From contig NC_068989.1 in the NCBI RefSeq assembly GCF_001194135.2, positions 35,222,329 through 35,285,163 on the forward strand: a stretch of DNA of 62,835 nucleotides, given 5' to 3'. Under the pieces are notes generated by a model, which made no database searches, had not been told where the DNA came from, and worked only from the letters and a program-made list of their open reading frames with translations. How positions within the stretch are numbered: position 1 is the first letter of the stretch; each line of letters opens with the position of its first letter. Below, piece by piece: positions 50,045-61,736 of the stretch. Position numbers and translations under genes: made by a program. Source of the DNA: Octopus bimaculoides. Lineage: Eukaryota.

Positions 50045-50305
50045 TATATGTTTGACTTTTGCTTTGTATTTGTACAAGTTGGCTCCAAGTCTCACCCAGA
50101 GACCTCAAGAGACAAGTTAGAAGTTCATGTTGATGTTATGCCTAGGGTGTCATATATTTGATTTTGTACATAGTATTGTTCTAGAAAATATTTAAGAAAA
50201 CATAAGAAAATTATGAGCTTGTTTTAAAATTTGAGATTACATAGACAGTATTTTACAGAGGATATAGGCAGTTCCCATGAGCACTATCTTTTGAATTTCT
50301 GCCAA
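50045..50305 (-). mobile_element. 3' end of an RLE-type LINE
   Basis: Minus strand LAEIQKIVLMGTAYILCKILSM* followed by a 3' UTR. Confidence 0.7.
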
Positions 50306-50338
<33 letters not shown>

Positions 50339-50339
50339 T

Positions 50340-50640
50340 TGTCTATTATAAAAGACTCTCGGATAGTTTTTAATTACCAGTTATTCTTTACTTGAAAGCA
50401 GGCAATAACAAATCACCAGAGGTTTCAAGTAGTGGCTGGTATTTCTCAATCTTTTCTGTTTCCTTACATTTCACCCTCGAATTGCCTGGTATTACAATAT
50501 CTATTATCTTTACTTCTTTTTCATCTTTATGGATGAGCACGATATCTGGTCGTCTCACCTCTATGACTTGGTTGCACTGCATGTTAAAATTCCAGAGTAT
50601 TTTGTAATGTTCATTTTCCATTACTCCCTCTGGCTTGAGT
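50340..50640 (-). mobile_element. 3' end of RLE-type LINE (same family as 19653-20050), internally deleted, (TAA)n tail at 50307-50338
   Basis: KILWNFNMQCNQVIEVRRPDIVLIHKDEKEVKIIDIVIPGNSRVKCKETEKIEKYQPL; the 3' UTR matches 19975-20048. Confidence 0.85.
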
Positions 50641-52255
50641 TCAAAAAATTATAGCTAAATCGAAAAAGAGGCATTGGCGATTATATTTGGTATAAAAAAG
50701 TTTCACGGGTTTATATATGGTAGTCAGTTTAGACTACAAACAGACCATTGCCCGTTGCTAATGATTTATGGATACAAGAAAGGAATCCCAGTACATACAG
50801 CAAACAGGTTGCAGTGATGAGGCACCATACTACTACTAAACTACAACTACACAATGGAATATTTACCTTTGAAAAAGCTAGGACATGCTGACAGCCTATC
50901 CAGGTTAATACTCAGAAATAATGAACCATTTGAGGGCACAGTAATAGCAACCCTAAAAGCCAAAGGGGAAATTAAACACATAATGTGGAACATTGTACAA
51001 GAGTTACCAATAACTCTGGAGGAGATAACGTGACATGCATCAAAAAATAAGTTCATGAATGAAATGAAAAAGAAAAAAAACTCTATGGTCAGCTAAAGAA
51101 AACAAAAATAGGTTTGGTAATAAAAAACAGCAACAAGTAAACATATATTCAATGTGATGGCAAACTGATGTTTGGCCAAAGGATAGTGATACCTGAGACT
51201 TTACAAAAAAGAATGTTGAAAGAATCCCATATTGGACATCTGGGGATTGCAAGGATGAAAGCATTTATGTGTATTGGCCAAAGATGGACAAGGAAGTTGA
51301 ATAAAAGGCAGCAGAAGATGTGCTCTGGCAGTGAAATTGTCTACTCAAAAATGGGAGACTTGGCCAGAAATAAAAAGTCCATGGTCAAGACTACATATCG
51401 ATTTTGCAGGTCCTTTAAATGGTTATTACTACTTTGTAATAGTCAATAGTTTTACAAAATGGCTGGAAATTGTTAAGTGCAAAAGATCAACCTCTGAAAC
51501 GGTAATAAATTATTTGCACAAATTATTTGCTAGATTTGGCATCTCAGATGTGATTGTATCTGATAATGGAACACAATTTGTGTCCAGTGAATTTTTAAAA
51601 TTCTGCAAAATGTTCATGGTAGAACATAAAACGACAGTGCCTTACCATCCCTAATCAAATGGACCGGCAGGCAGAGCATTTTGTAGACATTTTAAAAAGA
51701 CCTTTGAGGAAAGCAAACAAGGAAATCACAGACGAAGTTGCTCTGCAGCAATTCCTAAGAGTATACAGGGTGACACCAAACCTCAATACACAAACAGGAA
51801 TCTCACAGCAGAACTGATGTTCGTGAGAAGGTGAAATCAGTTTTTGATAAACTGTTACCTGGCGAGGAAAGAAAAACTTTCCAGGAAAGACAATCAAAAA
51901 TTTTTCACAATTGGTGATAAGGTGTACATGAGGTCGTATAAAATGGAAAACAGTACTGGGAAGAAAGTAAAATTACCAAATACATAAGAAAAATGATCTA
52001 CGGAATTAAAAGCAGAAAAAGTATTGAAAAAGGATACAGAAACCAATTGAAGAAGGGATTCATAGAAAACGAACCAGACAGATTAGAAGAACCTATGGAA
52101 TGGCTGTATGACAGATTCCAGGTACCAACACTATTACAGATGGTTGAACGCATGCGTACAAGTGGAAGAAAAAGGAAGAACACAGAGTTCCTACAAACAC
52201 GCCAAAAAGAAAAATATGAAGTTGGAAAAAAAAAATGTTAAAAAGAGAGGAGGGG
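50640..52255 (+). mobile_element. Ty3/gypsy pol 3' remnant (RNase H end, integrase), same broad family as 2285-5990
   Basis: IEKEALAIIFGIKKFH; ESHIGHLG; PWSRLHIDFAGP; VIVSDNGTQF; PYHP; purine tract ending GAGGGG at ~52240-52255. Confidence 0.88.
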
Positions 52256-52309
52256 TGAATAAAGTGAAATAAAAATTCCTTGCTTCCCAAAGAAGAAAAA
52301 ACTAAAAGA

Positions 52310-52549
52310 TGTAGTGTAAATGGTACTCCTCTTCCTACATGATAAAGTCAGACAGTCAGTCGTTGTAGCAGGTCAGTAGTAGTAGAGTTGTTGTACGAGT
52401 TCTCAGTTGGAGTTAGTGTCAGTTATGTGACATATACGAGTTCAAGTTACCGTCAAGGTAAACATTTCAAAGTCATTGTCTTGTGGAGCTATCAGTGATA
52501 ATGTGATAGACGAGTCAAAGATATTAAGACGCAGAATACCGCCACAACA
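52310..52549 (+). mobile_element. Candidate LTR (alternative 5' start at 52256) followed by a PBS-like site
   Basis: TGTAGTG...CACAACA inverted termini (6/7 match); TGGCGACAAGAAT at 52557-52569. Confidence 0.6.
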
Positions 52550-52637
52550 TAAATAGTGGCGACAAGAATATTACAGTGCCAACGATAACATACAAGTGGA
52601 CAAGGATCCACATTATAACTAGTGGAAAGAGTTATTA

Positions 52638-52689
<52 letters not shown>

Positions 52690-52694
<5 letters not shown>

Positions 52695-54130
52695 AATTTG
52701 GTTTGGCTCAGGTTTGGTCTTATTCCTGGTAGGAATTATGTGGATAATGGGTTACTACCTGTAACCTTAGGTATCCACAAGTTTGCAGCAGTCTTTCAAG
52801 TGCTTAGAACCCTCCTGATAATTGTTCCTGTCCCTAAGAGACAAACTTTCTATAGGTGCTCTACCGGACATTCTATTTCAATTTCCTTCAACCATTTATC
52901 TAGACTGTGCTTACTGTTCCCAACACACCCAATTATTATAGGCACAGCCTTTACTATTTGCATGCTCCAAATTCTTCCTATTTCAAATTTTAAGGGATTG
53001 TATTTTTTTTTTGTTGTTCTTCTTCCCCTTTCTTTACAATCCTGGAATCAAACAGGCATGATGGATTGATATGTAAGCAACTTCACTTTTCCTTAGCTAT
53101 AATTGTTATGTCTGCTCTATTATTTTCTAACTTCTTGTTAGTTTGAATAAGAAAGTCCCACAAAATCTTATATTTCTCTGACTCCAGTACTCTTTCGACT
53201 TGATGATTGTACCATGTGTTTCCAACTTCAAATTCCTATTTCTGGCACAGTTTCCAGTGTAAAACATTTACAACTTGGTCATGCCACCATTTCTTATATT
53301 CTTCCCGTGCCAACTCGGGGCATTCTGTCACACTGTGTGCCACTGTCTCATTCCAAGTTCCACAGGCTCTACATTTTTCTGACACATTCTCTCCATATAT
53401 ATATTTTCTTAAGTTGTTTGTTTTTATTGCTTGATCTTGGGCTGCTACAATAGGCTCTCTGTTTCTTTTTTTAATTGTCCTTTTTTTAACCAATCCCAGG
53501 ATTTTGTTCCACATGTATCTTCAGTGGCTCTCCAAAATTAGCCATGCAGAGGTTTCTCTTCAATCTGTCTGATGTGCTCTCTTTGTATTTCATTCTTGTC
53601 CTTTTCTCTTATTACATGCTTCATCACCTGTTCTTTATTAACTGTCTTTAGTAGATTTTCTGTGCTACTCTATAAATATTCTACTAGACTTTTTCTTTCT
53701 ATCTGTACACATTCTTCTACTGACATTAAGCCTATACTACCTCTCACTGCTACCCCTTAACTCATTTGGATGGTGGGCTCCATACATTGTCAACAACCTC
53801 CTAGTTTTTCTGTCAAGTTTCTTTATATCAATTTTGGTCCAGTTTATAATTCCAACTCCATATCTGATTAAGGGTACTGCTTTTGAATTTATTACTCCAG
53901 TAAGATTTTGGAATTCAGCTTTGACTGCAATTTCCTTGTGTACTCCCTACTGGTAATTTGTTTCATTTCTTCATTTTTTATCTTGTCTGTTCCAGTATTC
54001 CCAAGTACTTATATCACTGTCCTTTCTCAACCATTCTTATTGTTTGCCCATTTGGCTTTTCAGTTCCCTAGCTTCTTTCAAATCTTCCTCATTTCATTTT
54101 CAATATAGTGCACTTTTCTATCCCAAATTC
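52690..54130 (-). mobile_element. RLE-type LINE (R4/Dong-like) 3' ~1.4 kb: RT end, CCHC finger, endonuclease; (TAA)n tail at 52632-52690
   Basis: AAQDQAIKTNNLRKYIYGENVSEKCRACGTWNETVAHSVTEC...YKKWWHDQV; terminal KVCLLGTGTIIRRVLST*. Confidence 0.88.
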
Positions 54131-54871
54131 CATACATCATTTGAGAAGATGTGGATAGTATGTACAAAAATTTCAAGCTGCTTCTCATTTGTTGCATAAA
54201 CCTTTATATCATCCATGAAAAAAAAAAAAAAAATGCTTGGTTCTATTATAAATTTAAACCTCAGTGGGGGTCTTTGAACAGATTCAGTTTGAAACCCAAA
54301 CTATCTGTTTACACAAATTCTCATTTGTCACCCAATCCTGAACTACTATACAAACTTACCCAAATTTTAAAATTTTACAATGTAAATGTTTTAAGGAGTA
54401 GAATGAAGAGAAGTGGGTGGAGTAGAAAACCTTTAATGGATACCAATGTGAATGATAGATTCTTTGTTGAAGTTGCCAACAGTACTAACCCTGTTTTACT
54501 TTCACATATGTGACTTGAACAGCTCTTGCAAAATTATTTATTCACTCTAAGCTTTTTTCATTGTTCACCAAACTTTCTTTAAATGAACAAGTGCAAGCAG
54601 TAATTTTTCCTTTTAATCTTCATTTTGAACTTTTTTCTAGAAAAAATATTAACAAATGAAGTTCACTTGTATTCTGCATTGAATTTCTTACAATACTTGG
54701 TATTGTACTAGTTACTCAATTCCTTAATTGGAAGATTCTGCGATATCTCCTCTTATAAAATAATCTTGTAATTTGTTTCTGGAAACTCTTCAACTTTCTT
54801 CACACTAACATTACCATTATTTAATTTTCTCTATTGACATCTATTTTTAACAGGATTCTGATTGATAAAAA

Positions 54872-55054
54872 ATGTCTGGTGATCTTTATATTGGCATTGA
54901 TGTAGGAACTGCAAGTGTAAGGGCAGCACTTTTCCAAAATAATGGAACACTGATTGCCAAACATGTCAGTAAAATCTCCATTCACAATCCACAACCAGAT
55001 TATTATGAGCAGTCAACAGAAAACATTTGGGCTGCTGTTATTTGTTCTGTCAAG
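54872..55054 (+). CDS. FGGY: FGGY carbohydrate kinase, first coding exon
   Basis: MSGDLYIGIDVGTASVRAAL...QPDYYEQSTENIWAAVICSVK; GTAGGG donor. An acceptor TTTTTAACAG at 54844-54853 implies an upstream non-coding exon. Confidence 0.93.
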
Positions 55055-55516
55055 GTAGGGGCAACAACATGATATTTCTCTCTTTAACTGTTTGATGTTC
55101 CACTGTGTGTTTTTTTTCTTGATGATTTTCTCTTTTGTTTGATGTTTTTCTCTTCTCTTTGATGTTCCTCTCTTTTGTTTGATGTTTCTCTTGTTTGTTT
55201 GATGTTTTTAAAAAAGATTTTCAATCATATTCTAATTAGTCCTCATTGTTTTGATACCTGCTAGCAATAATAACCAAATCTGAAATACAGAATTCTTCTG
55301 TGAAACTTTGATTGTGTTATTTTATCTATAAAGTTATAAAATGGTTGAAAACAGGGTTTAGTCAGTGTGGTCACTAATTTAGCATGAGTGTTCTGTGATT
55401 TAATGTATGAAGAATATTCATGTGAGAGTCCATTCCAGTGTGCTTTTGATAAGTGTGTATAAAGAATGTCAGAAGGCACTTCATTTCCAATGAAATATTT
55501 ATTTAAATAAAACAAG

Positions 55517-55917
55517 TGCTGGCAAGTTGTAACAATAATTAATCTGCATGTGTATGCAAATCATCTATATGCATATGTGAGACAGGAAAAATCTCATAAT
55601 TTACTTTTTGCACGAAGAGGTTATGTGGAAGCCGTTGTAAGCTAATAGGAACAAGAATGTACTACTCATTTTGAGGCAGAATTGTAGCTGACATCATTCA
55701 AGTAAGTTGCGTGAACACAAAAACTGTGGCTTATCAAAGGAAGAGATGTTACTTCAAGGCCATCTTTTCACCAACGGATATGAAAGTGCCACTTCACTGC
55801 TAAAGCAGATCACTGTCATTTGTATTCATACGCAGCCAGCTCTGATTGGCTGTAGTCTGCCACAGCACAACTGAACTATGCTATGACAACAAAATAGATC
55901 TTTCCTGACTTGCTACA
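55517..55917 (-). mobile_element. Solo LTR related to 40878-41260, in FGGY intron
   Basis: Shared AAGCAGATCACTG...AGCTCTGATTGG...CTGAACTATG...CAACAAAATAGATCTTTC; TG...CA termini; no clean TSD seen. Confidence 0.65.
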
Positions 55918-56235
55918 AGGGTATCTTACTGTCATATAATGTTTACTACATCATTCGGTATTTATATATTGCTTTGAGTTGTCTATTGGCTGATTATATA
56001 CAATGTGTATAAAAAAAATTTGAGCCTGGTAATTTTTTTAAAGATTTTGCCATAAATAAAATATTCTATTCTACCAAACATTTCGGATGTCAAAGAATTA
56101 ATGAATTCTTATAATGAAATAACTATTACATGGTCATTAATCAAATATAGCAACTTTATGACCATTGGGATCCCCTTTTTTAATCATTATCATTGTTGTT
56201 GTCATTGTCTTCATCATCGTCATCATCATCATTAT

Positions 56236-56605
56236 TAAGGCAGTGAGCTAGCAGAATTGTTAGCAACATTTCATCTGTTTTTATGTTCTGAGTTCAAATT
56301 CATCCTTTCGGAGTCGATAAATTAAATACCAGTGAAATGCTGAGGTTGATGTGAGTGACTATCCTTCTCCACCTCAAATTGCAGGCCTTGTGCCAATAGA
56401 AGAAAGGATCATCATCATCATCATTATTAAGGTGGAAAGCTAGTGAGTGGGACAGAATGCTTTCTTCTGGTTTTACATTCCAAATTCAAATTCATCTGAG
56501 GTTGACTTTCATCCTCTCTGGGTACCAATTGAACGCTGGGGTTGATGTAACCAACCAGCTCTCTCCCCCAAAATTTCAGGCTTTGTGCTTACAGTAGAAA
56601 GGATT
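56236..56605 (+). mobile_element. Two tandem degenerate SINE family A copies
   Basis: AAGGCAGTGAGCTAGCAGAATTGTTAGC head; AAAATTTCAGGCTTTGTGCTTACAGTAGAAAGGATTATT tail. Confidence 0.7.
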
Positions 56606-56695
56606 ATTATTATTGTTGTTGTATCCTGTTCATTACTCTGAGGACATCACACATATTAAATGTAATGATGACATCTGCTGTTATGAAAGTTTTAA

Positions 56696-56918
56696 TCCTT
56701 TAGCATTTCAACAGGCCTTACCCAGCACAAATATTCTACCAATTTTATGTTCAAACTGGCCAGATCCAGCCTCTCACACTTATCTTACAATATCATTCTA
56801 AAAATAAGCAATCACATCTTTGAAATTTCAAAGCTACATGATAATGCAGGATTAATTTTTAGAAAACGTGTATAACAAGCATTATTATATTTGACAAAGT
56901 AATCTGGATGCTAAAGGG
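56696..56918. mobile_element. piggyBac-type MITE
   Basis: TTAA|TCCTTTAGCATT...GATGCTAAAGGG|TTAA. Confidence 0.8.
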
Positions 56919-57005
56919 TTAAAATGTGTTTCTAATCTTTAGTAGTTTTAACATTAATATTCTATGGTTTAGTTAATATCAGTTTCCTTGAAACTTTTTC
57001 TTCAG

Positions 57006-57123
57006 GGAATAATGTCTTCTAGTCAAGTAAGTCCCAAAGATGTGAAAGGTATTGGATTCGATGCAACGTGTTCACTTGTAGTTCTGGATGCAAATGGTCA
57101 GCCTTTAACTGTTAATCCTTCAG
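57006..57123 (+). CDS. FGGY: FGGY, second coding exon
   Basis: TTCTTCAG acceptor, GTCAGT donor, 118 bp. Encodes [39 protein letters not shown](G). Missed by the ORF track. Confidence 0.93.
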
Positions 57124-57238
57124 GTCAGTAATATATTTTTCATGTTTTCTTTGTTAACAATCTATTAACCTTTTTTATGCCAACTCATCTAAGACCCCCC
57201 CCCCCCACTAGTCCTTTGATATAATACTCCTGTTTGAA

Positions 57239-57448
57239 CACTTCAGCATTTAAACTGGTCATAACAGTCCTAAATATTCTATGTTTAAACTAGCCAGATC
57301 CAGCCTCTCACACCTATCCTACATGTCATTCTAAAAATAAACTGTCATGTCATTAAAATTTCAAAGTTACAAGATATTGAATGATTAATTCAAAATAACA
57401 TGAATAAACAAGCATTACATTTGACAGAGTAATATGAATACTAAAGGG
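57239..57448. mobile_element. piggyBac-type MITE, second nearby copy
   Basis: Homologous to 56696-56918; right end CTAAAGGG|TTAA. Confidence 0.75.
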
Positions 57449-59159
57449 TTAAAGTGATCTAAATGAAAAAATTTTGCATCTAAATTTTATGTTAATTTAT
57501 GTTCTAAACACCAGAAAAATAACGGCAAAGTTATTTTACTAAATTCTTCATTATTTTCAAAATTAATTGAAACAAAGGTAGTGTATTTCAGAAGAAATAT
57601 GGTAACAAAAAGGCTAATGTACTGCTGCAACCTGGACTATAAACATCAAAGATAAGGCAGCCCTTAACTTGGGTTCTTGACCTTATAATGTCTAAAATAA
57701 CAATATGTTTTATCTTTTACTTGTTTTCATGACTGGACTACTTTCATATTCGGCAGTGCCTTGAAGGGCTTAGTTGAGCAAATTGACCCAAGTATTTCTT
57801 TTTAAAACCTGGTATCCTATCAGTTTCTTTGGATAAATACTAAGTTACAGGTATATATATAGGTATGTGTGTGTATATATATATATTTTATTTTCTGTAG
57901 GTATTTAGGGTAAATCTTAGCTGTTTTCTCATGAAGCACATCTGCTTATTCCATTATTACAATCCAATATGTAGTCTCAGTTGCTGCTGTATGTTAGTCA
58001 AAATACATATTAAAATTGAAAATTATAGAAATATTATTTGCAGATTTATTGTGTAACAAAACAGGAAATTGGAAATTTTTTGGTATTATTTATTCACCAT
58101 GTATCTGCATGTGTGTGTGTGTGTGGGGGGGGGAATGCACAAGGAAAGCATTTACAGAAATGTACTCATAAAATTTCTATTAAAATAAGTTGTCTTTATA
58201 TGCTACGCTTGTATTTCTCCATATAAATGATAGCAAAGTGTGTATCAAATGAAATTGAAATCCTGGTTCAATGACATATCAATCAGGTTACCAAAGTTTT
58301 AACGTTGTTGGTAACAACATATTCTCTCTTTTAATTGAATATTGGAAGAGAGAGAAAACGCAAGGGAAATTAATTTTGGCAGTAATGACTAAACCCCTTG
58401 ATTCATTATCCCAATTAAAAAGAAATTCAGAGGTGTAACATTGCACAAGTTCATTTCCTTAACTGTTTTTCTTGTGTACACCCCTTCCCACACACACATG
58501 CACATATACGCATGCAGAAACACATGATGAATTCCCATTTTGGAAGTATTTTAAAATTTTTATTATTTTGGAAAGAAGAACACAAACATAGGTGCTGAGC
58601 CAGTGACTAAACTTGTAGTATTTTGTTAGGCTTAATCCAATGAATTGACAGCAAAATAATTGCTTCTATCAGAACCGTTTACCTTTAAAGCGAAAAACAA
58701 AACTGATGTATACAACAGGTATGTAAAATATATTTTATGTACTTCTTTCTCTGTTTATTTGGTTAAGCTGTAGAAATTGCTGCACATGTGTGCACAAACA
58801 AGCACAAAGTTTCTCCAGACATTTAGGTGTTATTTTTAGCATATTGAGTTTCATGGTGAGGGCTTCATATGCCGTGGCCCTTTNNNNNNNNNNNNNNNNN
58901 NNNNNNNNNNNNNNNNNNNNNNNNNNNNNNNNNNNNNNNNNNNNNNNNNNNNNNNNNNNNNNNNNNNNNNNNNNNNNNNNNNNNNNNNNNNNNNNNNNNN
59001 NNNNNNNNNNNNNNNNNNNNNNNNNNNNNNNNNNNNNNNNNNNNNNNNNNNNNNNNNNNNNNNNNNNNNNNNNNNNNNNNNNNNNNNNNNNNNNNNNNNN
59101 NNNNNNNNNNNNNNNNNNNNNNNNNNNNNNNNNNNNNNNNNNNNNNNNNNNNNNNNNNN

Positions 59160-59200
<41 letters not shown>

Positions 59201-59206
59201 TATACA

Positions 59207-60061
59207 CAAGGGGCTACCCAAAAGTAACTGAAAACATTCTTTGTGGAAAAAGCCCATTATAGTTCAGGCTTCTGCCACTAGAAGCCACTTGATGTGACTC
59301 TCAGGCATCAGTCTGCCATCCAGCATCATCAGTTGAACTTGTACTGTTAGATGGTGCGTCTTTGTTTTGTAGTGTTTCTCCCCTGTCCATCAATTTTTGC
59401 AATGGCTGAAATGAAGGAATAGCGTGCTTCCATAAAATTCTGTTTTCTGCTGGGGACAGCAATGGCTGAAACAGTTGTCATGCTTCAAACAGATTACCAT
59501 GAGCAAAACACAAGTTTACAAGTAGTTTTTCACACTTTAGGAATGGCCACTTGTCGTTTAAGGACTAGCCTTGTTCAGGTTGACCATTGACTTCCCGAAC
59601 GAATAAAAACATGAAAATTCATCAACTGATCGTTGAGGACCATCACTGAACAATTGACAAACTTTTTGATATGACAAATGTGTCCTGAAACTCCTACCAA
59701 TGAATTTTGAGTGAGGAATTGCAAATGAAAAGAATTGAGCAAAATTTGTGCTTCGCTTGCTCAGAGAAGATCAAAAACAGTAATGACTGAATGTGTGTCA
59801 GAAAGTTGATCTGGACCTCTTTTCGAAAGTCATCACTGGTGACAAAAGCTGATGCTATGGAATTGCAGATGCAGTGAAGAAAAAAACAATAGAGGTATTA
59901 AAAGGTATCACTTCGCAAGAATTCCAACAGTGGGAAACACATCTGGACCGATGCATTGCTTCAAATGGAGAATACTTTGAAGGTGGTAAGAGTGTAAACA
60001 TGTAAAACTAAGTGAAGAAAATAATATCGCAAAATTCCAGTTTCTTTTGGGTACCCCCTTG
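59207..60061 (+). mobile_element. Internally deleted mariner-type transposon
   Basis: TIRs CAAGGGGCTACCCAAAAGTAACTG / CAGTTTCTTTTGGGTACCCCCTTG|TA; remnants IKFCFLLG, VITGDKS and CIASNGEYFEG. Confidence 0.85.
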
Positions 60062-60147
<86 letters not shown>

Positions 60148-61584
60148 AATAAGGATAAGATCGATATTTAAAATATTGATCTTATCAAGTGGTCAGCATG
60201 GGAATAAAAACCATCAAAGGTAATAATTATTTAAAATTATAATACAGGGTATCAAGAGATACCACCNNNNNNNNNNNNNNNNNNNNNNNNNNNNNNNNNN
60301 NNNNNNNNNNNNNNNNNNNNNNNNNNNNNNNNNNNNNNNNNNNNNNNNNNNNNNNNNNNNNNNNNNNNNNNNNNNNNNNNNNNNNNNNNNNNNNNNNNNN
60401 NNNNNNNNNNNNNNNNNNNNNNNNNNNNNNNNNNNNNNNNNNNNNNNNNNNNNNNNNNNNNNNNNNNNNNNNNNNNNNNNNNNNNNNNNNNNNNNNNNNN
60501 NNNNNNNNNNNNNNNNNNNNNNNNNNNNNNNNNNNNNNNNNNNNNNNNNNNNNNNNNNNNNNNNNNNNNNNNNNNNNNNNNNNNNNNNNNNNNNNNNNNN
60601 NNNNNNNNNNNNNNNNNNNNNNNNNNNNNNNNNNNNNNNNNNNNNNNNNNNNNNNNNNNNNNNNNNNNNNNNNNNNNNNNNNNNNNNNNNNNNNNNNNNN
60701 NNNNNNNNNNNNNNNNNNNNNNNNNNNNNNNNNNNNNNNNNNNNNNNNNNNNNNNNNNNNNNNNNNNNNNNNNNNNNNNNNNNNNNNNNNNNNNNNNNNN
60801 NNNNNNNNNNNNNNNNNNNNNNNNNNNNNNNNNNNNNNNNNNNNNNNNNNNNNNNNNNNNNNNNNNNNNNNNNNNNNNNNNNNNNNNNNNNNNNNNNNNN
60901 NNNNNNNNNNNNNNNNNNNNNNNNNNNNNNNNNNNNNNNNNNNNNNNNNNNNNNNNNNNNNNNNNNNNNNATATATATATATGGATGTATGTATGTATGT
61001 ATATGTACACACACACACACACAGACACACACACACACACACATAAATATTTATATACATACATAGGTGCATACATGACTGTGTGGCTAAGAAATTTGCT
61101 TCCCAACCATGTGATTTCAGGTTCAGTTCCACCATATAATACCTTGTACTCTACTATAACCCTAGCTTGGCTGGGGTTATAGTAGAACACAGTCTTGTAG
61201 GATTTTGTAGATGGAGACTGAAAGATGTGTGTGTGTATATATATATATATATGAGTGTGTGTGTGTGTATGTTTGTGTATATGTATATATGTTTGTGAGT
61301 GTGATTGTGTCTTGATATCATGTGATAGTTGTAAATTAGTGTTACCATCATAGAAGCAGTGTTCTTCATTTCCAGTCTTCCATGTATACATATCCAGCCA
61401 TGGTAAAATATTACCTTACTTAGAAACAGGTTAGGGTTGCTGAAGTCTGCTATTACGAAACTGTATTTCAAGAAATCTTGTCCGTCACAAAAACCAAATC
61501 TCTCTATGACCAGCAATCACAAGGTTTGAATAAAATATGATTGTCCTTTAAAATGATTCTAGACTCATCTTTCTGGTTTTTCAG

Positions 61585-61736
61585 GAAAAAATGAGTGGAA
61601 TGTAATTATGTGGATGGATCATCGTGCCAAAGATCAAGCCGATCGGATTAGTGAAACTAAGCATGATGTTCTCAAGTATTTAGGAGGCTCTATGTTTCTT
61701 GAAATGCAGACACCCAAACTTCTCTGGCTAAAAGAG
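61585..61736 (+). CDS. FGGY: FGGY, third coding exon (gene continues beyond the window)
   Basis: TTTTTCAG acceptor, GTGAGA donor, 152 bp, phase 1 compatible. Encodes [50 protein letters not shown]. Confidence 0.93.

Noticed and set aside
6263-60970. Long ORFs spanning X-runs (gaps 6263-6304, 8506-8568, 15285-16034, 37840-38442, 46822-47646, 58884-59159, 60267-60970)
   Set aside because: Open only because of assembly Ns.
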